DNA from: Paraphysomonas bandaiensis
Lineage: Eukaryota > Protista > Chrysophyceae
DNA length: 64,000 nucleotides
Assembly: GCA_965644295.1 (NCBI GenBank)
Contig: CBFFRP010000044.1
Span: 1-64,000 of the forward strand
Reading direction: 5' to 3'
Part shown: piece after piece, positions 46,043-59,700 of the stretch
Layout of the letters: every line of letters begins with the position of its first letter
How positions within the stretch are numbered: the first letter of the stretch is position 1
Made by a program: the position numbers and the translations under genes
The notes under the pieces: model-generated
What the model was told of the DNA's origin: nothing
The model's database searches: none
Seen by the model: the letters and a program-made list of their open reading frames with translations, nothing else

Positions 46043-47987
46043 TACCTTTGAAAACATCGATGAAGTCTTACTCTCTGGGGGTCTATCAGCATCACTTATT
46101 TAACTATGAATTATAAGGCACAAGTATGACAACAACACGCTACAACCTCTTACACACCACTCTACACACTGAAAACAATTGGTTTGGAAACCAAATCGCA
46201 CCTTGAAAGGATTTGCAGTTTGCTTGATGCATCAAAGCTGAAACATTCTGACTGTACAAGATACTTGCTCCGAAATATTAGTGGCTTGGAGGAAGGAAAG
46301 CATATAAACAAGCATTCCACAAGTAATCTGATGTAATATAAAAGACACTTTATGCAATTTAGCATATCTATCTAATTAGTTATGGATTCTTGGAGTCAGT
46401 CCTCCGAAGAAGATGCTCCTGACTGCCGATACGGTTGTTGACAGACGGACACATCGACAGATCTTTCAAGTTCTTTGGAAAAGCGGCCGTATTTGTTATT
46501 TTTAGAAGAAAATACTGGCGATTTTGAGGAGTTGACGAATATCCCTATTTTTACGCTGCCAAAAAAGGGGGGTTTGAGTGGAACGAAATTGATGCTTCGG
46601 GGACAGCGCCGTCCCTCAATTCTAGAATTAATACTGCCACCCCGTCCCTGAGGGACGGGCAACACGACGACCTCAGTTTTTAGGTCCGTAAAACCCCTAT
46701 TTTTATATGTGAGATGATGTGTACATGATTTGAGTGTGTTTGTACTGCTGTACATAAGAGTATGTGTACTGCTGCATGTAATATAGCAGTACTCAGCAGA
46801 GGCCACTCATATGCTGTAGTATGATGTACGTATATATAGTCGTGTTGTGGTTTGCGTTGCTTCGGTTAGCATCCACTGATCGAAATGAGGAATCAAGCTT
46901 CAAACAGATTGCAGTTGTTCTCATCTTTGAGATGAATGTTTGGAATATAATGGAGGGTATAGTAGACCACACCTTCCTCACAGTCCCTCATACTGCATCA
47001 GATATAAGATACTTGGAGCTCTTATGAAGCCGGACTTATTCACTCGACCCATGTATACATCCCATTTGAGATGAGAATTGCATGTCTATGTACATAGTAG
47101 TGTATAATAAGCTATGTGTTTATACGCAGACGAGCTGTTAGCACACTGTCATGTCCCAGTGAAGTTTGTCATTATGTGTGAAGTCAAAACGCCCTCGAGC
47201 AAATCGTAAAGGGGCATTCCTGGTACAGTCCTCTAAGAAACGGTGTGGGTTGCGAGGGTACTGTGTGTACCCCGCTCGTACACTTCTCCGGTTTTAAGCA
47301 CTTTCACATAGTGCTTGCAGGCTATGTGCATAATGCACTCCCGCACCACACCGTTTCTTAGAGGACTGTACCAGGAATGCCCCTTCACGATTTGCTCAAG
47401 GGTGTTTTTCAGAGATGGACAATTTCGTTCCACTCAAACCCTCTTATTTTCTTTGGTGGAGTAAAAATAGGGATATTCGTCAACTCCTCAAAATCACCAC
47501 CGTCAACGAAATCGCCAGTATCTTCGTCTGAAGATAACAAATACGGCCGCTTTTCCAAAGAACTTGAAAGATCTGTCGATGTGTCCGTCTGTCAACAACC
47601 GTATCAGCAGTCAGCATCTTCTTCTGAGGACTGACTCCAAGAATCCATAACTAATTAGATAGATATACTAAATTGCATAAAGTGTCTTTTATATTACATC
47701 AGATTACTTGTGGAATGCTTGTTTATATGCTTTCCTTCCTCCAAGCCACTAATATTTCGGAGCAAGTATCTTGTACAGTCAGAATGTTTCAGCTTTGATG
47801 CATCAAGCAAACTGCAAATCCTTTCAAGGTGCGATTTGGTTTCCAAACCAGTTGTTTTCAGTGTGTAGAGTGGTGTGTAAGAGGTTGTAGCGTGTTGTTG
47901 TCATACTTGTGCCTTATAATTCATAGTTAAATAAGTGATGCTGATAGACCCCCAGAGAGTAAGACTTCATCGATGTTTTCAAAGGTA
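46043..47987. repeat. Large fold-back inverted repeat (~550-bp arms, ~830-bp spacer) with a nested internal inverted repeat
   Basis: 46043-~46590 is the reverse complement of ~47420-47987 and is near-identical in the outer part; a second IR pairs 47197-47248 with 47346-47397. Confidence 0.92.
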
Positions 47988-48682
47988 AATGAAGGACGTG
48001 CATGAAGATTGTGTTGAGAGAAAGAATGGTCTACCAGCCTACTTCAGCATTGGAGAGATCGATGGAGTCCTGCTTATGCTGCTATATACCGCTCTTTAGC
48101 TTTGTTTTGACCTGATGTATGTTGCATTGGTTCTACGTCACCTGCTATGACCTCATGCTTCTGTAATGCGTAGCTATATGCCTGTGATGTGTAGCTATAG
48201 GCCTGTAATGCGTAGCTATATGCGAGTACAATTCATGACTAGGTTTAATACTATAATTGACTAGGTTGAATAATATATCTCCACTGAATTAATGATAATT
48301 TAACTGCAGAGATGCCATGATGTGAGACCATCCTTCTAGTCCAGCATCATATAATGAATAAAACTTTTTTTTAAATGGTAGAAACTCCGTGTAACTCAAA
48401 CTAGCCACCTAGGTCGCTTGTGGCTTGATAATTGTGATTATTAGAATATGGATCTTATTCTAGTATATTCAGTATGTCACTTGAAGACAATGTAAGAGAA
48501 TACAGTGAAATATAGTGATGTACAAATGCTGTGATGATATTGAGAAACTGAAATAGTTTGATCTTTCAAGATATGTTCAGTAACGAGAGGTTCGCATATG
48601 TAGGATATTATGCAGGGATTATAATGAGTTAGTGTTGGTTATCACAACTTTGTGTAAACGATATTAATAAATCTATCTAGTC

Positions 48683-49270
48683 TTACGACAAATTCTCTCT
48701 GTGATCTAGCTTAAAATGAGCAATTATCAATAGTGATTTGGGTGTCTCAGAGGTTGTTGATCGCTTTCTGTTGTTGCTGGATGGGATATCGAACCAAGGT
48801 CCTCCCATCAATGTAGTTCGCAATGTGAGAAAGTTAGGTGCTCCCAGTGGTTTCGTAAGGAGGTCGGCTAACAGTGACTTGGTGGGCATATGATCAACAG
48901 TCAATAGATTCTCGGCAATATGTTCTCGAATGAAGTGATATCGGATCGCGATATGTTTTGTACGTCGATGATGAGTAGGATTGTAACATAATTGGACTGC
49001 ACCTTTATTATCGCACCAAATAGTTGTTGAGAATGGGAGTTTGAAGCCAATTTCTGATAATAAAGAGCGTAGCCATAAAGCTTCCTGAGCTGCTGATGAT
49101 AAAGCCATATACTCAGCTTCGGTAGATGACAATGCCACTGTTGTCTGTAATCGAGATTGCCATGATATAAGACAATTACCTATGAAGAATGTAAAAGCTG
49201 TAGTGGACCGTCGAGTGAGGTGACATCGTGCCCAATCGCTATCGCAGTATCCTGATAATGTTATGTGGGA
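48683..49270 (-). mobile_element. Ty1/copia LTR retrotransposon fragment (RNase H domain only)
   Basis: LSGYCDSDWA...RRSTT, ISWQSRLQTTVALSSTEAEYMAL, IWCDNKGA, HRRTKHIAIRYHFIRE, LADLLTKPL; RT is absent upstream and no LTR was identified. Confidence 0.92.
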
Positions 49271-49693
49271 TCCATATGGTATACGTATATGCATATGTGT
49301 ACATGTTCGTGATTAATGCTCTATCGTATGCACTCCTATATACTACGAATAGAACGTTCTTTATTGACTCATGCTCTTGCTGCAGCGTTGGCTGTCTACA
49401 CCACTCTCAACGTAATCTCTGTTAATTGCGATTGACATTGCACTATATTCATTCGTACATTTTTATTAAATATGAGATATGTAGACATAAAATACTTAGC
49501 TGTAGGATAATCATCGTTACCCTTTGAAAAATAACACATACACGAATATTAAGAATACTTCAAAATATGACTACAACATGACTTGAAGCTAAGCAATATT
49601 TCCAAAAGCCATAATTGGCCAGTGCTATTGTTTGATGAAAGCACAAAGGATGTCACACGAAATATTCTGCACAACCTTTAGCATATCTTGCAA

Positions 49694-50725
49694 CTACATT
49701 ACTACGCATGAAAACATTTTACAGTACACTGGTTCAGAAGACAACGACCTGTCATTGCTCACTGAAGTGACACTAGCGGCTCGGCTCGTCTGTCTACTTG
49801 ACCGTGCCGAAGATAAGTACCTTTCTTCTATTAGCCCTCCGTTGCAGCCCAAGTCGCTAAGCAATAACGTGCTCCGATTATGGGTCGACTCCTCTGCCTC
49901 GTGCGAAATAAGCTGCTCCATAAAACTTCTATTGGGGTGAATTTCTGGTCTCCTGGCAATGACATATTTATACGCTTGCCGAAGGGTCCAACCAAAATGC
50001 TCTTGAACGAAAGCTATGACCAACGATGCGGAACGAGAGATTCCAGCCTGACAATGTACTAGGACTCGTCCGTTCTCCCCGAAGGCATGCTCGATAAAGT
50101 CATTTACTGGACGGAAAAAGTGGGACACATCTTCTGATTCGTCGTCTGTAATTTCTACGTTAAAATAACGAATCTTATCAGAAAATCTGTTGTCCTTCGA
50201 CTTTACTGCTGCCACTATGTGAGTAATTCCAAGACTGTCCAATAGAACATCATCACGTGCTTGCTGAATATTACCCAACCATAAAAAATTTTCAACAATT
50301 TCTGACGGGTAACGAAATTTTTTGAGATCAGAATCAGGGTTTGAGGTAAAGACCAGAGGATATCGTATCTTAAAATGAGGAATACTTACAAATTGAGGAC
50401 GAAATGGAAGATTTTCTTGAATTAATACAGAATATACAAACTGTATCCATGAATCTTCATATGTATTACCAGCTATAACTAAATGTAGATGTGATATCCA
50501 TGAAAATCTTTCACGTTGATGTTCTATAATACAATTATCAGATATCCATTGTATAGATGATATCCATGTCTTTGTATGTGGTGGTGAACATGTTATAGAT
50601 TCTCTTATACAATTATTATAATATTCTTCATGATTTCTACAATCAATGACTATATAATCACCATATGGTAGCATGTTACATAATAATGTATAGTTTATAT
50701 GAGGGATATGATAAGGAGATGACAT
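49694..50725 (-). CDS. Dual-specificity (MAPK-type) phosphatase with N-terminal rhodanese-like domain
   Basis: IVIDCR..EEY...CIRES; PSEIVENFLWLG; VLVHCQAGISRSAS; RRPEIHPNRSFMEQL. Confidence 0.92.
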   Translation of the reverse strand: MSSPYHIPHINYTLLCNMLPYGDYIVIDCRNHEEYYNNCIRESITCSPPHTKTWISSIQWISDNCIIEHQRERFSWISHLHLVIAGNTYEDSWIQFVYSVLIQENLPFRPQFVSIPHFKIRYPLVFTSNPDSDLKKFRYPSEIVENFLWLGNIQQARDDVLLDSLGITHIVAAVKSKDNRFSDKIRYFNVEITDDESEDVSHFFRPVNDFIEHAFGENGRVLVHCQAGISRSASLVIAFVQEHFGWTLRQAYKYVIARRPEIHPNRSFMEQLISHEAEESTHNRSTLLLSDLGCNGGLIEERYLSSARSSRQTSRAASVTSVSNDRSLSSEPVYCKMFSCVVM

Positions 50726-51068
50726 GTAGAGATGAGAGTTATATAAGGGGAATAGAGAGCATTATGTTAATAGGGTGATAGATAGGAATATAGGGAGATG
50801 TATCATGTAGTTATTGATATGATGGAGATGTGTGTGTGTATGATGGTATGGTATAGCAACACTCTATATATATATATATATGTACTGCTGTATATGTATA
50901 TAGTATAGTAGCTACACTCGTATTGTATATGGTACAGCTGACACTGCCTGTGGTGTATTTATAGACATGTACAGCAGTACATTGATATAATATACTCAAC
51001 GGCACACATATACACGGGTACATAGGTACGTACCTACATATCTACCAAAAAAAAAATCAACAAAATTA

Positions 51069-51139
51069 TACGGCAGCGGGGAATCGAACCCCGGGCAGAA
51101 GAATGGGAACCTTCTATGTTACCACTACACCACTGCCGT
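51069..51139 (-). tRNA. tRNA-Gly (CCC)
   Basis: ACGGCAG-TGGTGTAGTGGTAACATA-GAAGG TTCCCAT TCTTC-TGCC-CGGGG TTCGATT CCCCG-CTGCCGT-A cloverleaf, with downstream T-tracts. Confidence 0.95.
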
Positions 51140-51427
51140 TTGCTAATGCTGATAACGATGTCATTAATTTTATAATATAAATAAAATAATGTTTTCTAAT
51201 CCTTTAAACTACAACATATAACTTCAACTGCAAAGAAAAAAGAATATCTCAATATGTGTATATTCCATATACAACAGAACTATAATGGAACATACATACC
51301 TCTATATATATATATATATATATACTGACTGTATCTAACTAACTTAAGAACATAATCATCTAAGAACTCATATATACATACATACATATCTATATGACAT
51401 CCAATCTAATCAATTATTTCAATAATA

Positions 51428-51887
51428 ATGAATAAGAAATTATTTCTATTAGTCCTTTATACTTTAACAATAACAACTGTATCATCAGGAGCCTTACGAG
51501 CCCATCAATATGGTATGTATTCACAACTATATCATCTATTAGTAAGATAGATATATCAGACAACACGCCAAGTGATAGAAATGTTATTGTTACCCATTGG
51601 CCAGAATTGAAAGGTTGTCAGTGGCTTATATATACACACTCATTATCTAATGGAGATATATATACAGGTGTGCATTATGAAGATGCAAGAACAGCAATAT
51701 TAAGTGACCGGCCAGAACTACAAGTACTTGTTGTTCCACAAGTAAGTGATATATGTATAGTATTTTATAGGTGTAATAATCTATCTGGGTCTAGGATGCA
51801 ATGGTGACTGCAGATTATCGAGAAGATCGTGTGCGTTTGTTTGTAAATGATGAAGGGATAACAGTTCGCACTCCACACATTGGTTAA
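51428..51887 (+). CDS. Secreted potato inhibitor I (I13) family serine-protease inhibitor, 4 exons
   Basis: Spliced translation: MNKKLFLLVLYTLTITTVSSG...HWPELKGVHYEDARTAILSDRPELQVLVVPQDAMVTADYREDRVRLFVNDEGITVRTPHIG*. Confidence 0.92.
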
Positions 51888-52689
51888 TTTGATGACTGTA
51901 AATGTCTGCGGTTAAGGTTGTGGATAAAACGGTCGACATCAGTTTGCCACGCTACTTCATTGATGTCGGACTAATCTCTCGTGAAGTGGATGAATTCTAA
52001 TGAATATATATTATTGTACTGTGCGTGGTGGTATATACTGACTAGAATATACTTTTATAGCCACTTGAAATAATATTTGATGTATACATACAAATCTATT
52101 AAATATAAATAACGCTGTTGTACATATCTATAGTTCTTAGTATCTACCAACTACTAATCATAGAGATTGAAGAGTTAAGGTTGTGTGACAGAAATATATA
52201 ATATCACCGCAGTAGAGGCCTGTGTCTTTGCTGCTATTGTGGTCAATTGCGGAAAGTCGAAGTTTTTTGTTTGATTGTGATGCCTTCCATATATCACATG
52301 TTACCATGATGTATGATGTTCTATAGTAGTGAATTACTATAGGAAATAGGAACCAATCTATATGTTAATGTGATTAAAATAACTAGCACTTCCAATCATT
52401 TTCATAAGACCTTAGATATAAATGCTAACAATCGATGTGCACTACATAATCGACGAATTATAAAAGGACTAGGTTTTCACGTTTTCACCACTTGTCTAGG
52501 TTCTTACATCGATTTTGGTGTGACTAGATCCATACAATATCCAAAAACAAAAAGCGGAAACGGCATGGAATAACCTACGGCTACTACAAAAGCATGGATG
52601 ACCAGTTGCAATGCTATCCTTTATCTGAGAAAGTAAATATAGTAGCGCAAGATGAATAGAAGAAACTAGAAGAAAATTATTATTTTCGT

Positions 52690-53791
52690 CTAATCTCGTC
52701 GTCCTATATGTCCATTTATATACAGCACCTTGAACAATTCACAACCCCTGGAAGTCCAAGTTCGACTTCAAGTACTCAACGTTTGTATTTACAGATATAT
52801 CTTTGCATCAGCCATCAATCCTGAAGCAACCAATAAAAGAGTGGACGAAGTTACCCTCGTTCCGTCATGAATAACATTTTCGGCATAAGCGCATTTATGC
52901 CGACCAAAATATATAAAATAATAATATAATGAGCACAAAGGCATGGCACTCTACATCGTCGGGAGATTACGAATTGCTTTCGGATTGTGTGTGTCATCCC
53001 TACGCCTGCTCCCACTTGGATTCGGGTACCCCAATGGATTTGCTCTAAATACCTCTCTCTCATGTATAGCCTTTTCGTATTCAGATTTTTTCTTGTCTAT
53101 TACTCGCTGCACTTTCGCCTGTTTAACTTCATTTTCCAGACGAGTGTCGTCAGTCATATTCCGAAACTCAGCCATACGCTTCTTACGACGGCGTCGTATT
53201 TCACGTCGTCTTTGTCTCTCTTCTCTTGATGCACAGAAAAACGCTACAAACCAGAACCCCACCGGGGCAAGAAGAAAACAACCGAGGATAAATAGCCACG
53301 TCAATTTTGGCTATAAACAATCTAATAATCACAAATACTTTCAATTGTTCGCAAAACTAACCTGGCTGGAGAAAGCTAAAAGAAAGTATTAGTTTACGAT
53401 ATATGACCAGTAACACACCTACCATCAGTTTCAGCTCTTGCAAAAAGAATCAAAAACACTCCCAATAAACCTGATGTCCAACTTGCTAGGGTAATTGAAA
53501 CCTTATATTTCATAAACCGTGTATCTTCATCAATATCACCCATATAATTATCTAATTTATTAAACATTGCACCATATTCCAAATCGTCTACATAGGCTTT
53601 ATATGGTATCTTATTACCTAATTACAAATTTATTATTAGAAATCATATATATATAATTAGTAGTATAGATTATTACCATCAGTCTCATCGTCTTCTAATA
53701 CAGGAGGTTTAATAGATTTGATTGTCATGGGATGAACTTTAGTATTACTATTAACTATATATGATTTGGATTTATTTGTTGTAAATGACAT
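52690..53791 (-). CDS. Hypothetical 2-TM membrane protein, multi-exon
   Basis: ATG at 53791; exon ORFs 53394-53582 and 52951-53304 carry hydrophobic segments followed by an Arg/Lys-rich helix; the 3' end is uncertain. Confidence 0.5.
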
Positions 53792-54180
53792 TAGTAACAG
53801 TTCAAAATATAATGAACTGTTATAAAATATTCAATTGATATGAATATATCATATATATATAGTGAATGAAGGCATAGATGTATATGTATATATATATGGT
53901 ATGTTAACACTCAATGAACTCAAGTCACTCTATACTGCTGCTGTCTATATATATATATGTGTGTACTGTACTGTATGTGTCGTTTCATATGTATGTATGG
54001 TATGTGTGTACCTGTAGGGAGAGTTTATGGAGTGTTTCAAAAAAAAATCAAAGAATATAGATTTCTAGGTGTCAAAAAAGTAGACATTTTCCAGTATTAC
54101 TCACAAAATCTATAGATTCTATATACTGTGTGTGTATGTACACAGTATCTTATCATAAATATCTATGTGTACATACAGCA

Positions 54181-54329
54181 TGTCGGCAGTCAGCATCTTA
54201 TGTTTCGGGAATAAATTGAAGCAAAATTCCTCAATATTACTGCAATACAAATACGGCTGGAATACAGATAATTGTTGTCTCAATATTAGAGGCATCTTTG
54301 AACAAAAATACAAAAAGGATGTCGATACG
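54181..54329 (-). mobile_element. ~150-bp MITE-like repeat family, copy 5
   Basis: tcggcagtcagcatctta...ggatgtcgatacg is the reverse complement of copy 2. Confidence 0.85.
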
Positions 54330-55237
54330 TCTGTATATACACCGCTGCTAGATATCCATGTATGTATCATCTCTACAACTATCTGTATAGTCCATATCTT
54401 AATATACCATATATAACAAGAGTAGAAGACAGAATCACAAGAAACATTAACCCATACATCTATCATATCATCCCTTATATAGATATATACATACAGGTAT
54501 GTATAGACTGCTCTGTATATGTATGTACTAGACATGTACATCCACCTCATATACTCGACTATCTATTACATACATAGCCTTATATACTGCTACTCCTACT
54601 ACCTGATATACATTGATATACAAGCAGCATGTATGTTGCCGTGCAGTCCCTATAGAGCCATAAAGCCATAGACCATCGAGCTATATGCAACACGGACTAC
54701 TATATGGTTATATGGGTGTATGGTTTGTGTAGAATATAGTTATAACATAATGTATTATAATAATCTAACCCTACTATTAAACTACTACATCTTCTTCTAT
54801 ACTGATTTGAGAGGGCATAATATATCCAGAAAGTGTGATACTATTCATACTTCACCTTAATAACTACTGCAAGTAGCACGGAACAACATTATTCTTTTTT
54901 TGCCTGTACCAATTACTACGAAACAACTATCTTCTTTTTATGTTACAAATACTATGTTCTCACTGTTGCTCTTCGTATTTTGATGTATTACCAGTTCACT
55001 ATATATGTCCCTGTTAAGGATGCCCTATATGAGATATTATGGGTATGATATACTATTATAAGTACATGCATGTGCTTACTTTCCAGTCCTGATGCTATGT
55101 AATTGGCGTAATTCTATGTCCAATCTGCAGCAAGTGAAAGTAAACTTTAAAGTGAAACTGTCAACTCATAGATCAAAGCCATTCTACGTGAGAAGAAGCA
55201 GTGGTTGACCTTTTGATAATCAAATTAAATAAATGCA

Positions 55238-56189
55238 TCCCCATTTTTTGTCTCAAAAAAATCTTTATATTGCCTTGAATTGGGCTCAACAGATCGCTCA
55301 TATTAGCACCGGGCAAATATAGACACTCAACTTCAAAATTCGGTACAACAGAAGCTCACTTCTATCTTACTTATGCAGCATACAGACAGAAGAATATCAA
55401 CAGTGCAGACCATAGATACGAAGTAGTGATTATCTATAGGATCCATCAACTGCTGTGTGACTGTCATATGTATGTGATTTCATTATATTACTCAATTAGA
55501 GAGAAACCACAGTCATGAGTTAACTATACAAAGCTGGTCATAAAACATTCCAAGTTATATTCTATCCTTTGTCTCCTGTAGAAGATCACAATGATGTCAG
55601 TGCAAGCGATGTACCTTCATAGCCAATACTTTGAAACAACTTCAAGAACATTACAGGAGAGTTTAAGTGCCATATCTGATGCTGTATAGGTGGTTAAGGG
55701 TAGTGGAATTCAGTTATTTTAGGGTTTGGGTCATATTGTGCTTATCAGGATATTATGTGCCTTATATCATACACTGAGGTGCACTAGCAGGAGTTAAGCG
55801 TATTGTATATAAATGTTATGAAGATGCTAATTAAGGCAATAAGAAGCCTTTCGTGCGATTACAAATGTTCACATTCAACTTCACACTTATGTACGAATTT
55901 CAACACCTCGCAGTTGCTATTCCCTCAGTATTCTTCTGTAGTAAGAGTACATTTGTTGTATATATTATAAATAGAAATTAGGGGGGTTATTGTTTGAGTT
56001 GACATACAGTGCAATTGCTATTTCTTAAGCATACACAGTAACATACCATTGATTTGAAACAATATGACTTCTCATTTGCTTTCTAAATGTTACTCAGGAA
56101 ACGTTAATTTCTTCTTACAGCAAACAAGAATACTAATAGCTATACAATCTAATATTACGTTTTCAACATCAGGATAAGCTACAATTAAC
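55238..56189 (-). repeat. Inverted copy of the ~0.95-kb dispersed repeat at 15018-15962
   Basis: Colinear reverse-complement similarity with indels. Confidence 0.85.
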
Positions 56190-56736
56190 ATAGGGATAAG
56201 GGGTATCATCCCTTGTCTAAATTTTAGAACTCCGGCTTTTCGCCCTAGTAGTTTCAAAATTTTGAGCGCGGGACGATATAGCCTCTATATCTCCATATTG
56301 CCCGTGGTTAAATATAACTATATTAGCACCATACAAAACTGTTTTCTGCCATAGAACATCATGTAATAAATTCCATGCATCAGGCTGTTTTCTTCCTACA
56401 CAACAGACTATAGATTATAACTCATATCCACTTAATTAGTACGATTCGCCTTAAGAATTTTTAAAGAAAATCCCATGATTAAAACCTATTATGTTACCAT
56501 TACTCATCTGTTATGGAAGTACGACTAATAACTTGGCAAAGAAGGAAACATGACCTGCTATCTACCTGTCAGTCGAAGAAAGCAGTCACCTTTAACTTCA
56601 AGAAACACAACATATGGCCAATCCACTATATTGAGACTTATATCAATAATATATTACTATATTTTACATTCTACTACAACAAAAAGGTACTAACACACCC
56701 ATGCGACACAAAGTCTAACCACTGCAAACGAACGCA

Positions 56737-59700
56737 TCAATTTTTCCCATTGGCGCTCAGATTCGGTATTATAATATTTGGAAATTTTTTCGTCACAACA
56801 AGAAACTCTTTCAGCGTGATTGCATTGCTGTCATTCGCCACAGCCTGCTTCATCATAGTTTGGGCTTTTCTTTCAATACTAGCTAAACTGACCATATGAT
56901 TTCCTCGAAGAATCTGTCGAACTTCATTTAAAGATATATAGCCCGTCTTATCTTCATCGAACATATGAAAAGTTAAGGGCAATCGAACATCTCTCGAAAG
57001 TTCAACAAAATTGAAGCACCCGAGCAAAAATTCCCTGAAATCCACTTTTCCAGAACGTTCGGGATCAAAGAGCCCAAACAGTCTGTTATTCTCGTTAATA
57101 GGATCAATGCGAAGAAGATTGCAAAACTGATTGAACGTAACGTTTCCATTCGCCCGCTGTTCTCTAGGTAAATCCAAGTATGAGTTGTACCCCATTTTTA
57201 AAGAGTCAAAATCATATTCGTGGTCATGCAGGAAGTTCGTAATCATTTTCTTCTTCATATCGCGTGCCTGCATTTCCTTCTGTCTCTGGTACGTTGCAGA
57301 GTCTACTTCATTCGCTCGACCAGCCATTACTAATTTTTCATCTTCAATTTCCTTCAGTTTGGCCTCATTAGCTTCACCATCCTTGTCCATAATCGCGGGG
57401 TTGGGATGCAAAACGAGTTTTCTAAATTCATCAAAACTAACTTGGCCATCTCCATCAATATCGACCATCGCAATCATCATATCGATTTCTTCGTCAGTAA
57501 TAAGCTCACCCATGCATATAAGAATGTGGCGAATCTCCGATGCACCGATAAAATTATTTTTATCTAAATCAATAAATCTAAACGCATTTTCGATCTCTTC
57601 GTCTGTGAACTCTTGCTTCATCATGTCAGATTTTTGCCCTTCTTTTAAAATATCTGCCACCATAGCATTGTCATCTTCTCTAACTTGCAAGTCATCCTTT
57701 TCGTCTGGAGGTGCTTGTCTGAGAGCATCATCAAAACTCTCCATACCCGGGCGGTACTGAGGAAAGGCTATAGCTGGAGGGCCTTCAAAGTGAAATTGCA
57801 AGTTAATATCCCCACATTCACGGACTCCGCCTGTGGGTTTGTTTTGTTTCAGTGTCACCCAGAGATTCTGTATTCCTGCCTTGAATACTGTTAAAAGTGA
57901 GACTTGAGCGCTCCCTATCAACTCATCATCTCCTTGTATGTTCTGGTGGTAGCAGTCCACATCCATGAGGTACTGGTCCACAATATCGAAATCAAGCTTC
58001 GCAGACCAGACAGGATCCATCCCGCCGTCCTTGTCGACAGGGCACTTTTTCGACATTTTAGCTGCCTGACTATTGAGTGTAAAGTTTACAAACGGGTCCA
58101 GACGAAGTGTTTCGCCTTCAGTTGGAGCATTCTTACCAACAGGTAGGAGTCCTTTGCCTCGAACTACATTCATATGCAATGTTCCAGCAGGGAGGTGTGT
58201 TACCTGTCAAAATCACACGTTATCCATATACTCACATTTGTGAAAGAGGTACCTTCATAACTAGCTGACCCTGTGCCGTCTCATCATCGCGAAGCTTATC
58301 AGGCTTATAAAATAAGTCAAAGGTGTCCCTCTTTGCAGCCATCGGTAATATATCCATGTAAGGCAATAGGCATAGATCGGTGTAAGCAATGGGATTGTCT
58401 TCCCCAATTTCATGGTCACAAATCAATATATCTAAATCATTCACCCATGATTCAGTATCAACCCACATAATAATATCCTCCTCTGCAAAATACGGATCTC
58501 TACCGCCCTTCTCGATCACCTTACTCTTCTTTTTGTATGATCCCAATGCCATCTGTACGTATGGATGCTGTTGACCCATGGGGTCTACATTTCTAAGTCT
58601 CTTTGCCTCGTACAGAGTAAACACAAACATTCCGGCCCTCGCCTCTTCAAATAAGAATTCTAACATAATCTAAAACCGCAAATTAAAGGCATCAACATGG
58701 AGCATTTAATAATGAAAACATGGATACGTACTTTGCTTGTACTCGTTCTGTCACCAGGGGCTACAATAGGAATCTTTTCGTTGTATGCCTTGAATGGATT
58801 TTTGAAAAATCGAACCACACTCATTGTCACTGTTCCGATTACTTCATCCTTAAATGATCCTTTATTCCACACTTCTATGCTCAATTGAAGATCCTCCTGA
58901 AATATGTACTGTGAGGGCCGAACAACATCGAAATAAACCAATTCATCGGCAAAGCTCGCATCTGTGTCTTGTTTCCGTTGTACTTGTGTTTCTTTCCACG
59001 GCCACTTATCGGCAGCCCCCAGTTTGAATCTAATATATGGATCTACCCGTGGGTTTTTCGATTTATCATCCCTCTTCCTCAGGCCAATGCCTTGAATACA
59101 AGTAATATTGAGTCTTCCTCCATTTATTTCTCTCGCAAGAGTACTCTCAAGCCCCTCTTTATTAAGGGGAACAGGTGGTACGAATTCTCCAACGCCCTGT
59201 GCCTGAGCGACTGCGGCATTAGGGTCTTTGATTACTTCGACACCAGGGGGTGCAGTGATCAGCTGGCTAACAACAGATCCGCTGATGTCAGACTGCATGT
59301 CATCTGGGATGGTGCGTTGGCCAGCAGAGCTAACAGTAGGAGGTCGTTTGCTTGGCTCACTAGTAGTGGAGCTCGAAGTGGGGCGAGACGGGAGAGGTTG
59401 TGGCTTGTCCGCAGAAGGCTGGGTTTGCATCGGCTGTGGCTTGTCCGCAGAAGGCTGGGTTTGCATCGGCTGTGGCTTGTCCGCAGAAGGCTGGGTTTGT
59501 ATCGGCTGTGGCTTGGCCGCAGGAGACTGGGTTTGCATCGACTGTGGCTTGGCCGCAGGAGGCTGGGACAGCATCTGTGTCTGAGGGTCAGAATCAACCG
59601 GTGCAGAGTGCGGCTCGATATCTTGCGCTGAAGGAGCCGGAGTCTTCACGTCTTGCTGAACAACAGGAACGACTGATGGCGGCCCCTCAGGAGGCTGCCC

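Noticed and set aside
48000-48680. 3' LTR/PPT of the copia fragment
   Set aside because: Short ~20-bp repeats are present (48160-48222), but no convincing polypurine tract or TG...CA boundaries could be fixed.
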